Origin: Anthoceros angustus
Taxonomy: Eukaryota > Plantae > Anthocerotophyta
Reading direction: 5' to 3'
DNA length: 64,000 bases
Assembly (NCBI GenBank): GCA_010909165.1
Contig: MU008210.1
Coordinates: 248,001 to 312,000 of the forward strand
Position 1 is the first letter of the stretch; each line of letters starts with the position of its first letter. The notes beneath the pieces were generated by a model. The model saw only the letters and a program-made list of their open reading frames with translations, did no database searches and was not told where the DNA came from. Positions 59,131 to 64,000 of the stretch are shown one piece after another. The position numbers were made by a program, and so were the translations under genes.

Positions 59131-62100
59131 ACACTGAGCCCCAACCCCTGCCTGAGCCACACCTAAGCCTACCAAACTTTCACCTGATGCATCCACGACC
59201 GCCTGTGATCCCACGGATGTAGGGCCACCTCTACACCTCCTATGGACGAGGGTCAACTTATACCTCCACCACGAGTAGGGTCAACTCTATGGCCCCACCG
59301 CCCACACTCCAAGAAGGTCTCCGTGGAGCGGATCTTGCTCCATGCCTTCCTCTTCCTCCGAGTCATCCTCTCGGCCTTCCATATACCGCTTGGATGTTTC
59401 TGTCCAAAACCATCCACGCCTCCTAGCTCCACCTGCAAGGAAATACCAATTCGGCATCCATGCCTCTTCTCCTGCTCACCAGCTTGCCTTCTTAGGTGTG
59501 GCCACCATCTTGCACCCTTCAAGATTTTTCCTCTCACTCCACATGCCCCAATTAGCTCACTTGATGTCCTCACAAAGATAGCCTCCTTATGCGCCCAAAT
59601 CCCTCACTCATCCCTACACAAAAATTCAGCTCCGCTGCCCTCTTCTGCCCAGCTTCAAATCCCTTCACACACAACCCTTATGCACGACATCTCCTTCTCC
59701 TTGCACACACATGGGCACCGCTGCTCTCACCAAGTCCTTGCCCTAGCTTTCCTTGCATGCACAAGCCTGCTTACCCTGCAGGGCTCCTAGGTGCCACCTC
59801 ACACACCCAAAAGCATGGCCCTTTGTAGTGACAGTGAAACTCCTTGATATAGGCCATCATTCTCACCACTCCTCCCATGGAGGAGACCTCACCGCCTCCC
59901 TATGGTAGGGAGACACTCATCCTACCCATCTACCTACCTAACTAATGCCCAGGGAGCCCCTCACACCCTACATTCTACCCATGTAGGGCCACCGGGTCAC
60001 CCTACATACTACCCGTGATCTCTCCCCTCACTTGTTTCCTACATCGGGACGCGAGTCGCACCATCCTACCCACATATCCCCTACTTATGGACACAAGACG
60101 GATAGTGCAGGGACACGTGCCCACCCACATATCCCCTACTTATATACACCGCCCACCCACATACATAGGGGACCTCGCCAATGGCGTGGGTCACCTTGTT
60201 ACCTCACGACTACCTAACTCGTCTGACTCCGCCTACACTGCCTGTAGGGTGCACCTCCTCCCTACGAGGGGAGTGCCATGCCCTCACCACTACCACCCCA
60301 CACTGCCTCACAGGGGTGCACCACCTCCCCACAAGAGGGGTGCCGTGCCCTACGGCCCTTCCATTCTCGTGAGTAGCCACCGCTACACCGCCTGCTGTGA
60401 GGGTGCACCATCTAAACACTCTCCCAATTAGTTCCCATATGACTTCTGCAAATATAATAAGCTGAAACACCTTACACAAAAGGCACCCCATCTCAATAAT
60501 GATCCACCCCTAGGGTGCTTAACTTTGGAGTTCTTACAATTCGTTGTCCAACACACCAAATTGACTTGTGCACAACACTTGACTTGAATAAACTGCACTT
60601 ATTTCCCAATGAACTCCTCACGCCTCAACAACATCTCGTATCAACCTCCTCACCCATTTCCTCGCGCCACCACAACGCCTCCCTTCACTTTGACTTGCAG
60701 CTCCCACCGAAATTCCGCCCGCCATGATGCACACCCTGCTAGATCCTTCACCATGTTGCAGCTCAATTAAATAATCGCCTTCCTATGGTTTGGCACACCT
60801 CCATCTTGCGCCCAGCTACAAATTCAGCCTCGCCGTGAGTGCTCCTACCGGCCTTTCTAGTTCAACACACGGCCCTATCATGCCATTCTCACATCGTGAC
60901 TCCATTGAGAGCACTTCCATGTGCCTCGAGTCATGGCCTCCTCTTGCAACCCTTGTGGCTGCTCACTCTAAAACATGAGCTCCTCGCTCCCCATCCTTGC
61001 ACCAATTGTCGCCTTCTCTCGCATGCCGAGCTCCCACCCTAGAGCCCTGCACAGATCTTGCACACCCACCATTACGGGCACTTGGCCCATCTTCCCAGCA
61101 ACCATGCCACATCTCTACCTCCCTCCCATCGCACCCAGTAATATGAGCACCCGCCCATGTCTCACTTCTTCCACACATGTGGCAAATTACTTTGCCTCCC
61201 AAGACTACCTCTGCTCCTTGCCCCACGGTCTCTTCGCCGCCATCATCTCCACGCCTTGGTGGTGGTCCCCAATAATCAGCCTTTGCCTCGCAAGCCTATC
61301 AACAATTTGTGCAAAGAACCTCAAGCTACTTCTTGGCTTAATTGCCTTCACCTCTCTACTCCTTATTCTCCAACAAATTGCCTCAAGATCTTCTCGACAC
61401 TGTCTTCCACTTCACTTCAATTCTTCACTGCTCACTCTGCTCGGTTTTGCTCTAGTTTGATCCCTTTTGATCCAAAAAGTAGGAGTGCCTAGACTTTCAT
61501 GTTCCATAGGAGTCCCTGCTACCCTACATCCTACCCATGTAAGGGCCACCCTGGTCACCCTACATACTACCTGCATCTTTGTCCCCTACTCATGGACACG
61601 CACCGTCCTACCCACATACATACATGTAGGGACTCCTGCCCTACCTATGTAGGGTCACCCTTGTTACCCTACGTACTACCCTACGTACTACCTTAACCTG
61701 CTCCGCGTAGGGTGCACCTCCCTCCCTACAGTAGGGAGTGCCATGCCCTACGTCCACTACCACCCTACACCTCCTCCGCGTAGGGTGCACCACCCAAACA
61801 CTCTCCCAATTGGCTCCCATGTGACGAATATAATGTTTGACACCTCACACAAAGGCACCCATCTCGTCTTGATCCACCCCTAGGATGCTTAACTTTTGGA
61901 GTTCTACATTTCATTGTCCAACACACCCAATTGGCTTGTGCGTGTCATTTGTCATGAATAAGTGCTTATTCCCGGTGAACTCCTCACACCAACAACACCT
62001 CGTATCAACCCTCCTTGCTACCATTTCTCCTCGCGGCCACCACAACGCCTTCACTTTGACTTGCAACCCACTGCCAAATTCCGCCGTCATGATGCACACC

Positions 62101-62420
62101 TCAGTTGTGATCCCTTCACCATGTTGCAGGCCACAACACGCTTTGCCTATGGTTTTGCCACACCTCCATCTTGCGTACCTGGCCTACAAATTCATTGAGT
62201 GTCTCGCGCCTTTCCTTAGTTCAATACACGTCATCCTCACATCGTGACTCCATTGAGAGCACTTCCATGTGTGCCTTGGCATCGCCATGGCCTCCCTCCT
62301 CTTCACAGCCCTTGGCCAGGTCAGCCACTTGAACATCAACTCCTCGCCCCATCCTTTTGACCGATGGTCGCTCCTCTCTCGCATGGTGAGCCCTAACCAG
62401 ACCTCGCAATGATCCTCGCA
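59131..62420 (-). mobile_element. Gypsy family A 3' internal region (degenerate extra ORF plus repeat region, with an internal duplication ~60.2-60.95 vs ~61.7-62.3 kb)
   Basis: 59400-59540 aligns with 16580-16760 and 59690-59840 aligns with 17930-18120. Confidence 0.75.
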
Positions 62421-62429
62421 TACACCCAC

Positions 62430-64000
62430 CATTATGACCTGGCCGAGGCGGCTCGGCCGAGCAACACCACAAGCCCGGAGGCTCGGAAGCGGGCGCAGGG
62501 AGGTCGGGTCGCGCAATTTAAGACCGGTCGACCATTACCGACTGGATCGGAATCGGTGGAGGGAGACGGGGTGAGCGGCCACGGCTAACCTGAAGGCTGA
62601 GGCGAGGTGGCAAGGGCCGAGTTGCCACGGACCCTAAGACCACCGAAGGAGATGGCGAGCTCTTGAGTGCCGTATGTAATGGAGGAGCGAGGGCCTTAGG
62701 GCGTAGAAAGAAGCCGCCGGGTCCAGCTTGAGGAAGGCTAAGAGGGGAGCGCCGCGCTCATGGCAAGTAAGTCGGTGAGGTGCGGAAGGCGAGGGGCTGA
62801 GCAAAGTGAGCAGTGAGCGGGCGTTTGCAAGTGAAGTGACGAGGGGCTTGGCCAGTGGCCTCACGAGATTCCGCCCACGCTCCAACGCAGATAATCCGCG
62901 ATGGAGATGCAGCCGTCCAAGTCGAGGCGGCCACGCCCACCGCTTTGAAGACACTCCCAGCTCGGGCGGAAGGGAGATTCGGTGCTTTCCCGGGCAGCAT
63001 GTGGAAGAGGCAATCCAACAAGTCGAATCAGTACTTTGCCTACTACCATGCCGAAGACTCCTCAAGGCTTTGAGGCCCCGCGCCAACCGCTTTCACTAAT
63101 TGATGGACCTCCGAATGGATCAGAAGGTGGGGGCGGAGAAGAAGGGCCCGGGGATAGCACCGGGGCCTTGGTGGCGTTGTTCGGGACGACGGGCAAGCAG
63201 TGGGGGAGAGCCCCTGTGAGGAGCGCAGTAACACGGCCCACTGGTAGGCATAGCAGGGCATGAGGTGGCCCGATGAACACCCTCCGGGGAGGGAAGGGAC
63301 GAGGGCCCCGAAAGGGGTGGAGAGGGAGAGGACCAGCGGGACCCAAGCCAAGAGGGGGGTCCGGTGAGTGGGAATGGACCCCGTGGTCGAGAGGGTCAAG
63401 GAGTCGTGAGTCCGGACTTGAGGTCCGTAGACTTTAATAAGGTCGGTTGACCCCAAGGTCCGAACCCGACGATTGGTGAGGCCGACCACGAGGTCTCAAC
63501 TCTAGAAATAAGGTCAAATTCCCGAGTGATCTCGGACTCCTGGGTCGAGACCGGACCCCCAGGTCCGGACTTCGTGAGGAGAGGGGGGAGTCTGCACCAC
63601 CGACTTGCTCAGCGCGGGCGCTCAGGCGATCTGGGTGGACCATGCCAGGTGTGACCCACCCGGGCTAGGAGAGGAGGATGTGGTGGTTCCTGGTCGGACT
63701 GCCCAGAGCCCAACTCGACAGGTCTCGGGAAGGGGAAGGGGCCTCCGCTGGATCATCGATTGGGTGCGCTACAACTGCTGTGGTTGAATCATCTCGAGGT
63801 GAGCCAAGGGCACTCCCAGCCCACCGCCATCAACACGGAGATAGAAGCGAAGAGGGGAGAGATAGTAAGCGGCGATTAGGGCACGCCGAAATGGCCACTA
63901 GCTCGTAATAGGAGTGTAATAAAGACGCCTACCATGAGTATAAGAGGGCCTGAGCTGCTCTAGTAAAGAATCTTTTTCTTGGGGTGGATACTGCGTTCCT
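62430..64000 (+). mobile_element. Second diverged copy of the gypsy family B 3' region, PPT and LTR start (63915)
   Basis: Shares CATGTGGAAGAGGCAATCCAA...TTTGCCTACTACCA and AATAGG.GTGTAA.AAAGACGCC with 53.9 and 54.68 kb. Confidence 0.8.

Overview
Eukaryotic (plant) repeat-rich window, most likely from a non-seed land plant (inference from the F-box protein style and TE families). It is dominated by nested, duplicated and fragmented LTR retrotransposons: at least two Ty3/gypsy families with tRNA-Asp-type PBS (Athila-like) and extra 3' ORFs, and several Ty1/copia families. It also holds a minus-strand F-box gene (~27.3-28.9 kb) and a CACTA-like terminus (42.5 kb). The standout is a spliced + strand gene at ~34.2-39.85 kb that the ORF track breaks into pieces. 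Reassembled across 1-nt frameshifts and GT-AG introns, it encodes an unknown N-terminal domain, a ParB/Srx-like domain (GGNH...HN) and a beta-class amino (N4-cytosine/N6-adenine) DNA methyltransferase (motif IV-like DLPR followed by motif I VIDGFAGxGS). Its introns are filled with GGCGCAC/GTGCGCC hairpin repeats. A second unusual signal is a set of copia LTRs that start AGT and end ACT instead of TG...CA; one of these elements carries an antisense zinc-finger-like ORF. Frequent single-base indels and mosaic joins suggest an error-prone or partly collapsed assembly, so frameshifts may be sequencing errors. Coordinates were counted by eye and may be off by a few bases; no database searches were run.
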